Under the pieces are notes generated by a model. It ran no database searches. It saw only the letters and a list, made by a program, of their open reading frames with translations, and was not told where the DNA came from. 64,000 nucleotides of DNA from Epiperipatus broadwayi (Eukaryota; Animalia; Onychophora), in NCBI GenBank assembly GCA_028023455.1, contig JAQFVV010000011.1, positions 3,534,001-3,598,000 on the forward strand. The letters run 5' to 3'. The position numbers and the translations under genes were made by a program. Shown in pieces: positions 12,698-25,750 of the stretch. The number at the start of each line of letters is the position of its first letter. Within the stretch, counting starts at the first letter, position 1.

Positions 12698-14430
12698 CCC
12701 TATGACCTATTTTGAAAAGAAAACAAAATCATTAATTAATGCTACTGATCTAGATTTAAAATCTAAGATCTATTTTACACCAAGAGAAAACATCTTTTTA
12801 TCCAAAGTTATATGGTTTATCAAAAATCCAGAAACAAGATACTCCATTAAAACAGGCAAAACTCTTCAGATGTGATGTTTAATGGTCAAATACTTCATTG
12901 AGATCGATCGTAAGAGCAGTTGGTTCACCAATACAGACACAAGATCATTTTCTATCTTTTTTTCTACAGCAGCATTTAACAGAAATGGCATCTTATGTTA
13001 AAGATGTGAATCATTTTCTTGAGCTTATCTGGGATATTAAATTAACTAAGAATGATATTTTGATAAGCTTTGATATTGTTTCACCTTTTGCTAGAGTACT
13101 TGTAAAGGAAGCTATTGAAATTTTGAAAAATATTTAATTGCTTGATTTTGTTGTGGTTTGAATGAACACGGCTTATTAAATACATTTTTTGTTTTTGATG
13201 GTTAGATATATAAACAAACATTAGTTTTAGCTATATGTTCACCAATTTCTCCAGCATTCGTTCTATTTTTATAGAAAACTTGGAAAACAAAATTTTGATA
13301 TCAGCAGTTAAAAAATCCATCTGTATGGCTGAGGTATGTTGATGTTACCTTTGTTATTTGACCTCATGCTAAGCATGCTCTTGATGAATTTTTTAACTTT
13401 TTAAACACTTTTCAACAATAACACCAAATTTACTATGGAAATAAGAAATAATAACCAACTTCCATTCTTAGATATTTTAATTGAAAGAAAGAAGGATCGT
13501 TCTTTATCCCATGGTATATATAGAAAGCAAAAACACACTGGATGATATCTACATTTTTCTTCTGATTACCATCCAGCACAATTATTTCCAGTGGTAAAGA
13601 CATTATTAGATAGAACTAAGAGACTTTCTGATGACAGCCATTTTCACCGAGATATCTCTGCTAATAAAAAAATGCTTCTTCATAATGGTTTTGATTACAG
13701 AATTATTAATAGGACTTTTTTTATATAATAAGAAAAAAAGATTTTTGGTATTTCAGAAATTAAGACAATTCTGCCATATATAAGGAGAGTAACTGATAAA
13801 ATTGGTAATGTTCTAAAGAAAAATAATATCCACACAGTTTACATTACATTTAAAAAAATTAATGAAATATTTCCATGCCCTAAAGATAAAATTTCTTTGG
13901 AATGTCATGGTGTATATGAAATTCCATTCCATGTGGAATTTGTGTACATTCATTCATTGGACAGACCAATCATAAAATAAATATAAGAAAGGAAGAACAC
14001 ATTTTGGCAGTTAGAGAAAAATCTAATTCATCAGCCATTTATTCACACATTGAATTAACTAACCGTGACATCAATTTTAATAAAGCAGATATTCTGGAAA
14101 AATTTAAACAATATAACAAGATCCATTAAGAAAAGCTATAAAGATTTTTAAAAGGCCCAAAAGCATAAATGAGAAGTATGATTTGAGGAATATTAACAGT
14201 ATTTGGAAAAATCTATTGGAGAATAAAATATTTTTTAAAATTTCTCAACCAATAGAATTCAAGAATGAGGAGGGAATAACAAAGTAAAAAAATAGCAATT
14301 TTAAATTTCACCACACACATTTTTATGGTTTGAGAAAGAAGCTCTGACAAAAATACTTGTTATTATACTGAAATGTCAGCTATTAGCTATTATATTTTTA
14401 CTACATGGAAGCTCCTAGAAATAATATATA
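12698..14430 (+). mobile_element. Decayed Penelope-like element (RT plus GIY-YIG), right arm of an inverted pair, with 3' HHR relic
   Basis: Frameshifted PKLYGLSKI, RSIVRAVGSP, ILISFDIVSPF, LRYVDVTFV, QLPFLDILI, CHGVYEIP; ends AGCT CTGACAA..GAAA TG TC AGCT at 14340-14381. Confidence 0.9.
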
Positions 14431-14474
14431 TGTATATGTAATAAATTAAGTTTGTTGTCTGTATTCTTTCCAAA

Positions 14475-14806
14475 ATATATGTAATATTCAAATCAATAGA
14501 TATATTAAAATACAGTAAAATTCACAATAAATGTAAAATAAGAGGCTTTGTTGATTTCAAGAAATCGTCAAATGTTAATGAAGCAGCAATCATCAAATGT
14601 TAAAATAACAGAATTGTGGGAGAACTAAATTAAATTGAACTATGGGTATTGTGAAAGAAAGTCTTGTTTTGATTATTCAATATTATATAGTTGATAAAGA
14701 CTACAAGATGTATAGTCGAAAGTACTTCTAATAAAATAACTATAATTTATGTGAATTTTATTGTATTTTAATATATATATATATTGATTTGAATATAACA
14801 TATATA
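14475..14806. mobile_element. Small inverted-repeat element (~60-bp arms) containing an HHR-like motif
   Basis: atatatgtaatattcaaatcaatagatatattaaaatacagtaaaattcac is mirrored at ~14750-14806. Confidence 0.65.
14683..14734 (+). ncRNA. Candidate minimal type I HHR with U3-A8 core variant
   Basis: ttatatag TTGATAA a GACTA caagatgta TAGTC GAAA GTAC TT ctaataa; 5-bp stem II, palindromic AGTACT stem III, stem I pairing with one bulge. Confidence 0.45.
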
Positions 14807-17800
14807 TATATATATCCTCATTTACAAAATGTAACCATGTCTAATTTCTGATTATTGGTAGCAGTATAATCAATGATTATAAAAAAAATTTAAGAGAAAA
14901 AAAAAACATTTAATATGCTTTTGGTCACCATTATGAAATGAAACTACTCAGAAGTAAATGAGGAAACAATTTTTTTAACTAAAATTAAAAGTAACTAAAA
15001 ATATTTTCTGCAATTATGACATGAAATGAAAGTAAATGAGTATGAATATTGGGGGATAATTGAAAAAGATGCAAAATAAAAATTATGCAAAATTTGATAT
15101 TCAAGTCAGTTTATTGTTATTTGGTACAAGGATAGATTCTTTGGATACTAAAAAAAATGAAGAAGAAAGTTTGAATAAGAACGTATATTATAAAAATGAT
15201 CTATTTGAAGATGAAAACACGAATATTACGCATTTATGTTTCTAAAATTAAATGTTGAAAGAGGGCCAGTATGAAAGGTAGGAAAAACATAAAAGTTAAA
15301 TAAATAAAAGAGGTAAAGATTTTTTGGGGGGTTTTTTGGGCTGTTTTTATATATGAATGAAGTATAGGAGTATAATATATTAGAACTAACAAAACATCTT
15401 TTATTGAAATAGCTAGAAAAATGAGAACGTCTATGAATATGAAAACATAGAATTCCCGAAAGCACTTAGTTTATTTATTGTTATACAGCTTCATTAATTG
15501 TGTATAAAACACAAGCTTAGAATGTGTGAGTATTAAGATAATGATTTAGTAATTGCAGATTGAAAAAAGATATTAGATGGGGAGAAATGAAGGGTATACA
15601 GTATGATTTGATGAGCTAAAAGTGTTTCTGAGCATAAGACACTTTCTCAAAAAACTTTAGACTTCCATTAGAGGGATGTTATTTTATATCTCATTACTTT
15701 TATGATCACAATTTATGATTTTCTTCTATAAACTAAGGCAAAATATATCTATATCCAGTCTTATCCATATTATGTTTCTAAGATAATGGCATGTTTCAAT
15801 TACTTTGACATTTTAAATATATTTCACCTACTTAACTATACAAATATATCTGAAAATATTTCATGAATCTAAACATTTCAATCAACTAATTAAAAGTATC
15901 CAAGTTTACAGTGAAATTAGTAAATATAAAACAAGAAAGAAAGATATGAAGAAGGGAATAAATCTATGCTCATGAATTTACATGCGCTTACCCATAAGCA
16001 TAAGTTTAAAATGCTTAATGCTTAAGTGGACTATTTAAGCTTAGAACTTGTCATTATATAAGTCAACTATTGCTTATCATGCTGGAATAACTTGACAAAT
16101 TGATCTCAGCATAGTGGGAAAAGGTTGGCATATATAAAATAAGCTCAAGTATAAGTGGTCCATTTATGCTTTTCAAATTGGTGTTTATGGATAAGTATGT
16201 GTGAATTCATGAAGAATGCATGACCAAATATTTATTCCCTTTTCTATATTACATACATAATCAGAGCTATATAAATAAAATATATATTATAGAGAAAGAA
16301 AGATGTGGTTTTAAAAATGAGCATGAGTTGCAATCAGATGAAGTAAGGAAAAATAGAACTTTTAAGTATATCAATATTAATATTCCAAATGAGACTCCAA
16401 TGTTTCATCAACTAATGATGGAAAACAAATTTCAGTTCATTTTAGCTTTGCTGATTATCACCTTGAAAATATGAACCATTTCAAATATCTTGATAATTCT
16501 GTATGTAGAAAAGATAGGCTCAGAATACAACAGATTCCAATATACTGTGACTACATTTAACATGTTAAAAGGTATGGCATTCTAATCATAATAATATAAA
16601 CATTTCAACCACATTAGTGGTACATAGGGTTGTTATTCTGGAAAATTTATTGCAAATAAGTGAGACATATTTGTCAACATTATGTAATGTTATTGAAAAA
16701 AATTCAATTAAAAAAGATCTGTAAGATTTTAGAAATATAGTGGCAAAATTATAGGACCACTTTGATACTTTTGAGCTTTCTAGAAGTGATAATATTGAAA
16801 CTTCCACTATAAAGACAAGCCTTTATTGAAATGGACTTGTAAAATATATAAATGCTAAAGATCCACAAAAAATATTTTGTGGTGAACCTGAGTGTAGATT
16901 TCTTATAAGATGCCAATATTTATATTATAAAATTTACCTAAAGACACTCTAAAACTGTGCAATATTAATTACTTTAATTAGGAAAATACAAATGAGAAAA
17001 TTGCAAAATAGTGAGCTACAAGTGGACAATGTATTTTTCAAAAAGATATGTTTACTACAAACTAGAACATCAGCATACAATATATGGGAATGTATTTTTG
17101 TTTCACCATTAATTTGTATAGTCATTTTAATAATTATCTTAAGCATTTTATTCTGTCTTTCACTCTATCTTTGTATTATTGTTATGAAACTGGAAGAGTC
17201 ATATCATTTGTGAGTGATTGTTAATGATAAATAAATAAAAAACCCATATTAATCATGATAAATATGTGTAATAAATAAATAATATAACCATGCTATTATA
17301 TCATGTATATTTTAGAGTGATATCTTATATATAAAATTCCTATTTTTTCTGTTGTCTTATTGGTAAATGTATGAATGTTTGTCCGATGTCACAGGTCAAA
17401 TTCACAACTACTGCATTTTCTGCCATTAATAAAAACAACTGGGGAAAAAATTAAGTGCATGTGCTTTTAGCTACAGAGATGTAGTATTTATTTTGTGGTA
17501 AAGTTCCCAGCCAGCTGGCCATAAACACACAGATTCATAATTCAGCATTAAGGTGCTCCATGCTTTCATAATCCATCAATCCCCTAAAATAGTTCATATG
17601 AGCATCATTCTCAGCAATGTTTAATAAAAAATATATTTAAATTAAATATTTCAAAAAATTGTTAAAGTAACCATTAAAAATAATTTTGAAATATTATATT
17701 TAATAAAAAAAATATTACAAAAAAGATGGGCTGAAAGACCAGTGTTTTTGTATTTTAACATTAATAAATGTTAACTATTAATAAAGCTAAAAGAACTATT

Positions 17801-18002
17801 TATGATTAGTCATGTTGCTGTAAAAAATCAGATTTTTTTTTAATTTTTTAAGCAGAGGGCGCTCCAGTAAATATATATTTTGTGCCATAATGCTGTCAAA
17901 TATAACAGATACATTTAAAAATGTAAATTTGAATTTAGCTTTGTTAAAATTTGGAAAGTTATTTATATAATATTACAATGTTTTGTTTAATTTACATTAA
18001 AT

Positions 18003-18304
18003 CTTTAATACATTGTACAGGCTTAAACCTGCATTTATATATGTAATATTTGTGGGGTTCGAACTCACACGGCCCACCACTCTCAGTGCCATCTCATATT
18101 GCTGACCCACCTGATCACACACATGTTGAAAAGATAAATAATCACCAATATACGTATTTCATGCTAAACCAGCAATCATCAGTTGGTCTAGATTACTATC
18201 TTCACAAAAAAAATTGTAAAGCATCTATTATTACAAAAATGATGGGCTCAAAACCTGGAGTTTTTGTATTCTTCATATCAATGGTCTTTCAGGCCAGGGT
18301 ACAA
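18003..18304 (-). mobile_element. Family A (A2 subfamily) HHR insertion with 22-bp TSD
   Basis: Minus strand accaa CTGATGA ttgctggtttagcat GAAA tacgta TA ttggt (18157-18182); ttttgtttaatttacattaaat at 17981-18002 and 18305-18326. Confidence 0.85.
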
Positions 18305-18841
18305 TTTTGTTTAATTTACATTAAATTTTAAAAAACAATTTGTTAAAATAAACAATTAAAAAAAATCACAGCCTGTAAAGGCTTGGCGCATCTGGTATAT
18401 AATCTTTGTTTAATTAATGATTAAGTCAAGTTTAACTCAACTCCCAAATCTTTTAAATTACAAATGATGCTTGTAGTATCTTTTATCATAAGTGCAGTAG
18501 TTATTATTTAGCATACAATTTTTTTTAAAACAATTTAATTATTAACAAAATATCATAAAGAAACCTGTAAATGGATTTACTAGTGACTTTAATAAATCCT
18601 TTAATTATGCCACTATAGTTATAAATTCATCAATCTTATTTATGGGTTTCAGGATTTATATCTGATCTCATCTATGTAGGTTGGTGGTTGTTAAATTCAC
18701 TCTATGAAACAGATAAGTGCAATGATATGCATAGTCCAATTTTTGAAGAGATTCATTTGCATCTAGAAAAATCCAAATCCAGTTGGCTTTTCTTTTAGAT
18801 CTGGAAAAAAAAAATAGTTTGAAATCTCATAAGAATTCTAG

Positions 18842-18954
18842 TTTTTTTTTTTTCATATGTCATAGCATCGGCCGGGATGCGAACCCACAACCGTCTGCAA
18901 CCAACTACTTGCTTGCATGGCGGCTGCGATACCTCTCGGCTAACAACGCAAGAC
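18842..18954 (-). mobile_element. tRNA-derived SINE (~105 bp plus poly(A))
   Basis: A-box-like tagccgagagg, B-box gggttcgcatccc, poly(A); TSD agaattctagttttt at 18832-18846 and 18955-18969. Confidence 0.9.
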
Positions 18955-20274
18955 AGAATTCTAGTTTTTATATTATAATTCTTAGAGTTTAGATTCTTGA
19001 TTGAACATTCAAAAAGAGAATCTTGATTTGAGACTAGTGTTAGATGGTAAAAGTATATCTTTAATTATTAGCAAGTTCAATCTATACCACAGTTTTTATA
19101 AGTATTCTATGAGCAATTTCTCTTCTGATTTCCGGTCTAAGATCATGTGAAAGAAAAGAAACGTTCATTACTTACAAATTATATAAGCAAAAATGAATCT
19201 TAAATCCTCTAAATGAATATTGTTAAGCAATTTGATATAAACACAAAGCCAAACATTTATGGAATTCACATGACTAAAATCGATTTCTGTCACTTTATCA
19301 CAGTTTATATCAAATTACAATGTGTGTGCGTGTGAATACATACACATGTCAGGAGAAAAGCAGATGGACCTAAATCAATATTTTTTTTCTTATCAAAAAT
19401 AAAATTTTCAATTAATAAAAATAAACTTTGACTCATTTATTTGAAAAATCATAAATAATATTTATATCAGTTTAAAACTTATTTGATGGTACGACTAAAG
19501 TCAATCCCTAGTTAGTAAAATTGTAACTCCCATTTTGCTTTCTCATAAACTATACTCAGGGGAAATCATTTAAATTGAAATTCACTGCACCTTTTTTTTT
19601 CTTGAATATACTGTATTGGTTTTCCGTAGTTCATTTGATTGTTATTTCCAGTTATTTCAGTCTGATAAAAGCAAAATAACAATCTTAAGCTATACAATTT
19701 GATAAGCAACTTTTAGATTGAGTCAACTGGGAGATTTATATATTTGTACATATATACACAGACAAAAGCTATAATATTCTTTTAAACATTTTAAGCCTTT
19801 TGCCCCCTTGTGGTTTGCGCAATTCAAAAAAGCTCAAATATTTATATCCCCCTCCTTTTTCATTAAATATTTTTATATATACTCTACTATATATATAATA
19901 AATAGTTTGACAGATTAAGACAACAGGAAAAGTCAGGCTACAGTATAAATAATAGCCAGATCTTTAATAAAGAACAAATGTTTAAATATAATATTTACAA
20001 AAATATTTAGCCACAACTTATCTTAGATGAAAACTAATTATACTAACTATACTATGTATATATAAAGAGACCGACTTTCGTAAATGGTTTTATTTAGATC
20101 CCTATGCATTTTGAAATATAGGTACTCAAAAAGGGTACTATATATCACAAATAATCGAATGGTTTGTTGCTCAGTCCATAAGAAAGTGAAAAAAATAAGC
20201 TGCAATTCAAAAACTTTAACCTCTGAAGTCTGCTATTCTACAACTGCTTTAAATTACATAGGACACTACATATA

Positions 20275-20650
20275 CAACAACAACAACGACAATAATAGTA
20301 ATTTTATTTATAACAATAATATATAAACAATACAAAAGAAATATAACTCCAAACGAGGAAATACTTGTGCGAGGAATCATATATATATACAAAATAATAA
20401 TAACAATAATAATAATTCGTATTTCATTACAAAAACATAAAATAAACAATATAATAAATTATAAAATATTAATCAAAATAATTATATAGAATATAACCAA
20501 AATCTCAAAAAAATTTTAAACATAGCATATGATATGTGTTCAATTTCTAATAATAATAATAATAATAGTAATAGTAACAATAACAATAATAATATCAACA
20601 ACAATAATAAGAAAAAATAGGAGAAGAAGAAAAAGAAGAAGAAATTAATA
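20275..20650. repeat. Degenerate (AAT/AAC/AAG)n low-complexity tracts
   Basis: aacaacaacaacgacaataat, aataataataataataatagtaatagtaac, gaagaagaa. Confidence 0.8.
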
Positions 20651-21942
20651 TTAAAGTAGATTAATTACTAAATAAGTGAAAGCAAATAAATCATTACTTA
20701 AGTTTGACTTATACTTTAAAGAAGTAAATAAAAGAAAAATAACCAGAAAATTTTAATAAGATCTTACAATTAATATATATATATATAGCTTTTGAATAGA
20801 TGGCACTTTAAACTGTCATACTGTCCTGCCATTTTTTAGTTATTAGCCATATTTTTTGGAAGTTGAAAACCTGATTGTGTCAAATTAATAGTTACAGTAT
20901 TTGTATAGTTTAGCACAGTGGTTTAATTGGTAGACTGGAAAGCTAAATATCCAAGGTTTTCAATTCTGTCACTGGAATATCTCATGTCTTTCCAAGTGAC
21001 AAACTATTTGATTGTTTAATAGTTAAAGAATAAATATTATTTAATATTTATATATAATAAAGTGATATTTACTAAAGCTGTAACCTCAGAAATATGTGTC
21101 TGAAAAATGTGAAGGTAGGGACCTCTACAGGTCTTAACCACAAGCTTATGCCTTACTTTTAAAAAATGTTTTTATAAACAAAAAGGTTTTTTTATGTAAT
21201 TTTAAATAAAAGAGTGGGTCATCCATAAATTAATTAATTCAGGCAAAATAGATTGTATTCAAACAAAATACTCTATTATTGTTTGAATATATTCATGAAT
21301 GTTTCACATTTTTATTTAAAATTATATATAACATTTTTTGGTCCAAGAAAAGAATTATTATTTTTTGTTTTTTAGTGCATTTGTTTTTTTAAAGTTTGCA
21401 TATGTTGTTTCAAAAATACACATAAACAAAATTTTTAAAAAATCCATTTGCTAGATAATAAAAAATTCAGTTACAAGATTTGATTCCAATAAACAAATTG
21501 AAGTAAGAAGTTAAATAAAATATATCTAAAATTTGTTGCAACCTTTTTATTTTAGGAAGACAGTTATTTAAAAAAGCAAGTTTTACAGAAACAATTCAAA
21601 GAAAAATTAAAATTTCATCATTTGTTTTCTTTCCATTTTAATTAACTGTAAATATCCCTAAAATTTCTTCCTCAAATTAAATCAATTTTTTTTATGAAAT
21701 ATAGTTCTGTTTATTTCCCAAGACTAAAAACTTATCAAACTGATTTGAAGACAATTTTACAGCTTGCTAACACTAACAGACTGGATAATCCTGAAGAATA
21801 ACATTGTCATCAAAGTCAAACATATGCAAAATTTGAAAAAGATTGATTTATTCTAATCATGAAAGCTTATATTGTCATCTATACTCAACACATATACAAA
21901 ATTTGAAAAAAAGCCCATTAATTAAAAGTAATTTAAAAATTC

Positions 21943-22154
21943 TTATATAAATGCAATTTATCCACTATTTTGAACACTTTTTAGCAAAAACCTTTTACTG
22001 TACCTATATGCATTCACAATCTTAAGTTTCAACTGTCCTGCAGTCTTCTTCAGAGCTACACCCATAATGTTTTTTACATGTAGCTCTGAAGAAGACTGAG
22101 GACAGTTGAAATATAAGATTGTGTATAAGTAGTGGATAAATTGCATTTACATAA
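21943..22154. mobile_element. Family D HHR head-to-head palindrome
   Basis: Minus gtagct CTGAAGA agactgcaggacagtt GAAA ct TA ag (22027-22053); plus gtagct CTGAAGA agactgaggacagtt GAAA ta TA ag (22086-22111); outer arms aaatgcaatttatccacta / tagtggataaattgcattt. Confidence 0.8.
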
Positions 22155-22691
22155 AATATTACAGCAAAATAAAGGGAGTAGTGAATTTGATAATAGTATA
22201 AAAATTGATTATAAGATGTTTGTTTTTAGTAAGGAAATGGTTTAAAAAGTAAGTTTGACACAAAAAATCCAAAGACAAATTAAGATTTCACCCCATCCCC
22301 ATTTTAATTAACTGTAAATCTAAAAATTTACTTTAAATAAAAAAAATCATTTTCCTAAAGAACATAAACACATCTATTATGCATAATTAAAATTGTAAGA
22401 CTTGATTTGAATACAGTTTGAAGTGCAGTCTTTCATCACTGTTAGAATGGACAACCCTGAAAGATTATATTGCTATATTGTATTGCAATGAAATGGAACT
22501 GTCTACAAAATTTGAAGAAATCTGTTTCATAGTAGATTACAAATCAGTTACAAGATTTGATTATAATAAACAGAAGTATAAGTTAACAAAAGCATTTAAA
22601 CACAAACATAAATAAACAAGAACAATATTTCTAATATGTACTTTACAATGTGTAATGCTTTATTATATCAAATTTTCAAAGTAACATTCAA

Positions 22692-22724
22692 TTTCGACTA
22701 TTCAACAATCTTCCTTAGAGTTCT
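22692..22724 (-). ncRNA. Degenerate family D HHR-like motif
   Basis: Minus agaact CTAAGGA agattgttgaatagtc GAAA; the stem II segment matches agactgctggacagtc at 12 of 16 positions, all differences being transitions. Confidence 0.4.
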
Positions 22725-22949
22725 TTCCAATATTTAAAAAAAAAAACATAACTAATAAATACATATTAATTTTAGTAATATTGTATAAAGTTTGCTATAA
22801 AAATATACATATATTTAAAAAAAAAACTTCTGAATAATCCACTGAAAGAAAAATTCCAATTAAACCACTAAATATCACCTGATCACCATTCTTTATGCTT
22901 ACTCTGATTATATTGATTACTCTGGCTGGTACTGAGTGGCGCTACTGTA

Positions 22950-25750
22950 TGGAAAATTAAGGTATTTGATAATGAAGAAAAAGTATGCACTAGTGATCAT
23001 AATTTCATTGTAATTGAAATGGTTAGTAATGTGATGGAGAATAGAAATAAAAGTAGACATAATAGTGAAAGATGTGGATGGAGAGTAAATGATAAGAATA
23101 CGTTGGAAGAGTATAAAATACAAGTTGAAGAAATAATGGAAGAGTGGGTTGGGGATGAGTATAAGGATTGGTGTAAGGAAGTAGAAAAAGTTGAAAATAG
23201 GGTTTTAGGTGAGAATATTGAAAAGAATAAAAGTAATAAAAAAATTAAAATTAGTAAAAGTGTAAAAGAAAGGAAAGAAGCATGTAGAGAATATAAGTGT
23301 GCTATTAAGAATAAGGAAAGTGAAAAAGATATTAATGCTAAATGGGAAAAGTACTTAGAAAAGAAGAAGTTGGCTAAAATAGATATTTATAGAGAGAGAA
23401 TAAAATTGAATAGTAAATTGTTGGAGGATATTAATAAAAGTGGAAGAGATGGAAGTAAAAAAATTTGGAATTATATTAAAAGGAGAAATGTAAGGGAGAG
23501 AGAGTTAGTATTACTAGATGATGAGGGAACTGAGTGTAGTTCTAGAGAAGATTTAGAGAGAACCTTAAATAGTTATGTAATGAATATAGAAAAGATGTTA
23601 GATGTGAATGATAGAATATTAGAAAATATGAAAGAATATAGTAATGGGAATATTAGTTTTTCAGAAAATGAACTAAATGAGGTAGAGAAGAAATTGAAAA
23701 GTGGGAAGGCAAGAGGTTTAGATGGATAGGCAGCAGAGATGGTAATGAATTTAGGATATAGGGCAAAAGTAAAGTTATTATCCTGTTTTAATAAAATGGC
23801 ACAGAATAGAGTTTTCCCAAGTAATTGGAGTAATACAAGAGTAAGGTTATTATTTAAAGGAAAGGGTAAGGATCATAGAAAGTTGAATAATTATAGACCG
23901 ATAGCGGTAACATCAGTTTTATATAAAGTTTTCTCGTATATGGTGGCTAGTAAAGTTGTAAAATGGATGGAAGGGAATAATGTAGTGGGTGAAATGCAAG
24001 GAGGTTTTAGATTACATAGGCATATAGGAGATAGTTTATTTATAGTTACACAACTTATGGATATGAGTAGGAATGCAGATAAACAGTTATATATGAGTTT
24101 TATAGATATAGAGAAGGCATATGATAGAGTAAATAGAAATAGATTATGGATAAGTTTAGCAAATTTGGGAATGGATGAAGCTTTAATAGATATTATTAAG
24201 AAATTATATGAAAATAATTATTATATATATCAATTAGAGAATATAGAATCAATTAAAGTTAAAAATGGTGTGGGACTAAGGCAAGGATGCCCTATGTCAC
24301 CTATTTTGTTTGTGTTGTATTTGAGTGAAATGGAAAAAGCAATAGAAAGATTAGGAAGAGGGATAGAGATACCGTTAATAGGTAGTAAGGGAGTATATAT
24401 TTTGTCAGGTCTTTTTTTTGCGGATGATATATTTTTGTGTGCAGAAAAAAGAGAAGATATGGAAGTTATGTTGAGGACATGTGCAAGGGTGGGTAAAGAG
24501 ATGGGGATTAAATTTAGTGAAGAAAAATCAAATATAATGATGGTTAATACTGAGGAAAGAGAAGATGTAGAATTTTTATTGGGAGATATTAAGTTAAGTG
24601 TGGTGAATAGATATAGTTATTTGGGAATTAATTTAAGTAATCAGAAAAATTATTTGGATGAATGGGAGAAAAAATTGATAAATGAAGCAAAGAAAAGAAA
24701 TGGATTGATAAAGAAATTAACAGTATTTTTATATAATAAATATGATGTAGCTAGAATTATATGGAAAGGAGTTGCAGTAGCAGGGTTAACATATGGTAAT
24801 GATGCATTATATGTTAGTAAAAAGATATTAGATTATTTAGAAAAAGCTCAAAGGGAAGTAGGAAGACATGCATTGGATGCAGAAGTAGGGACAGCAAGGG
24901 AGGCAATTCAAGGAGAAATGGGATGGTCAAGTTTTCATATGAGAGATGCAAAAAGTAAAATGAAAATGTTTGGTAGATTGCAGTTTATGGATAATAAAAG
25001 AATAGCTAAAATAGTATTTAATTGGGTTTTGAGTAAAGGACAGGTAACAAGATGGGTGAGAAAGGTAATGCGCTATGCAAAAGATTTGGATAAAGAATTT
25101 ATATCAGTATATTTGTACAAAAGATGGGATGATTGTGTTAGGATTATTGAGTGTTATAGTAGTAAGGAATGGGATAAAAGAATAAATTTATTAATAAAGA
25201 CTAGGGAGTTAGAGAGATGGAGAAATAGTATGGAGAGTAAAAAGAGTTTAAATATATATAGAAATAAACAGAATATTAGGTGTGATTTAATTTATGATAA
25301 TAGTAAGGAAAGTAGTTTATTGTTTAAGGCTCGAACGGGATCTTTAGCTACAAAAGAATATACATGTAAATGGAAAAATATGGGTGATTTATTTTGTAAA
25401 TTATGTAAGGAAGGAATTGAAAATATTAGGCATTTGTTAATTGAATGTAAATGTTTGAAAACAGAAAGAGTACATATAATGAAGTTGTGGAAAAATAAAT
25501 ATGAAAAGAGTGATTATACAGAAAGTGAATTATTGGTTTTTATGCTGGGTTTGGGAAAAGATAAGGGGAATTTAGATATAAAGGTTATAGAGTTGACAAA
25601 AATTATGTTGTGGAAATGGGATAGAGCAGATTATGGGTAAATTTAGAGTGGGGAACGTAAAAGAAAGTGGCTAACAGGTTTATCTGGGCATAATTGCTGA
25701 GATATTCTTGACTTCGTTTAAGGAGAAGCCATAATACATCACATCACATC
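22950..25750 (+). mobile_element. 5'-truncated non-LTR retrotransposon (APE C-terminus, RT, CCHC knuckle) with one premature stop
   Basis: One frame from 22950 contains the APE-terminal SDH (22992) and RGLDG*AAEM (TAG 23727-23729). It continues with YRPIAV, QGGFR, FIDIEKAYD, GLRQGCPMSP, FADD, YLG and CKLC-X8-H-X4-C, stops at 25640, and has an (ACATC)3 tail at 25736-25750. Confidence 0.95.

Noticed and set aside
23019-25640. Two separate genes, or ORF1 plus ORF2, as suggested by the ORF track
   Set aside because: Both ORFs are in the same frame and separated by one TAG within the conserved GLDG motif; the SDH upstream shows this is a single ORF2.
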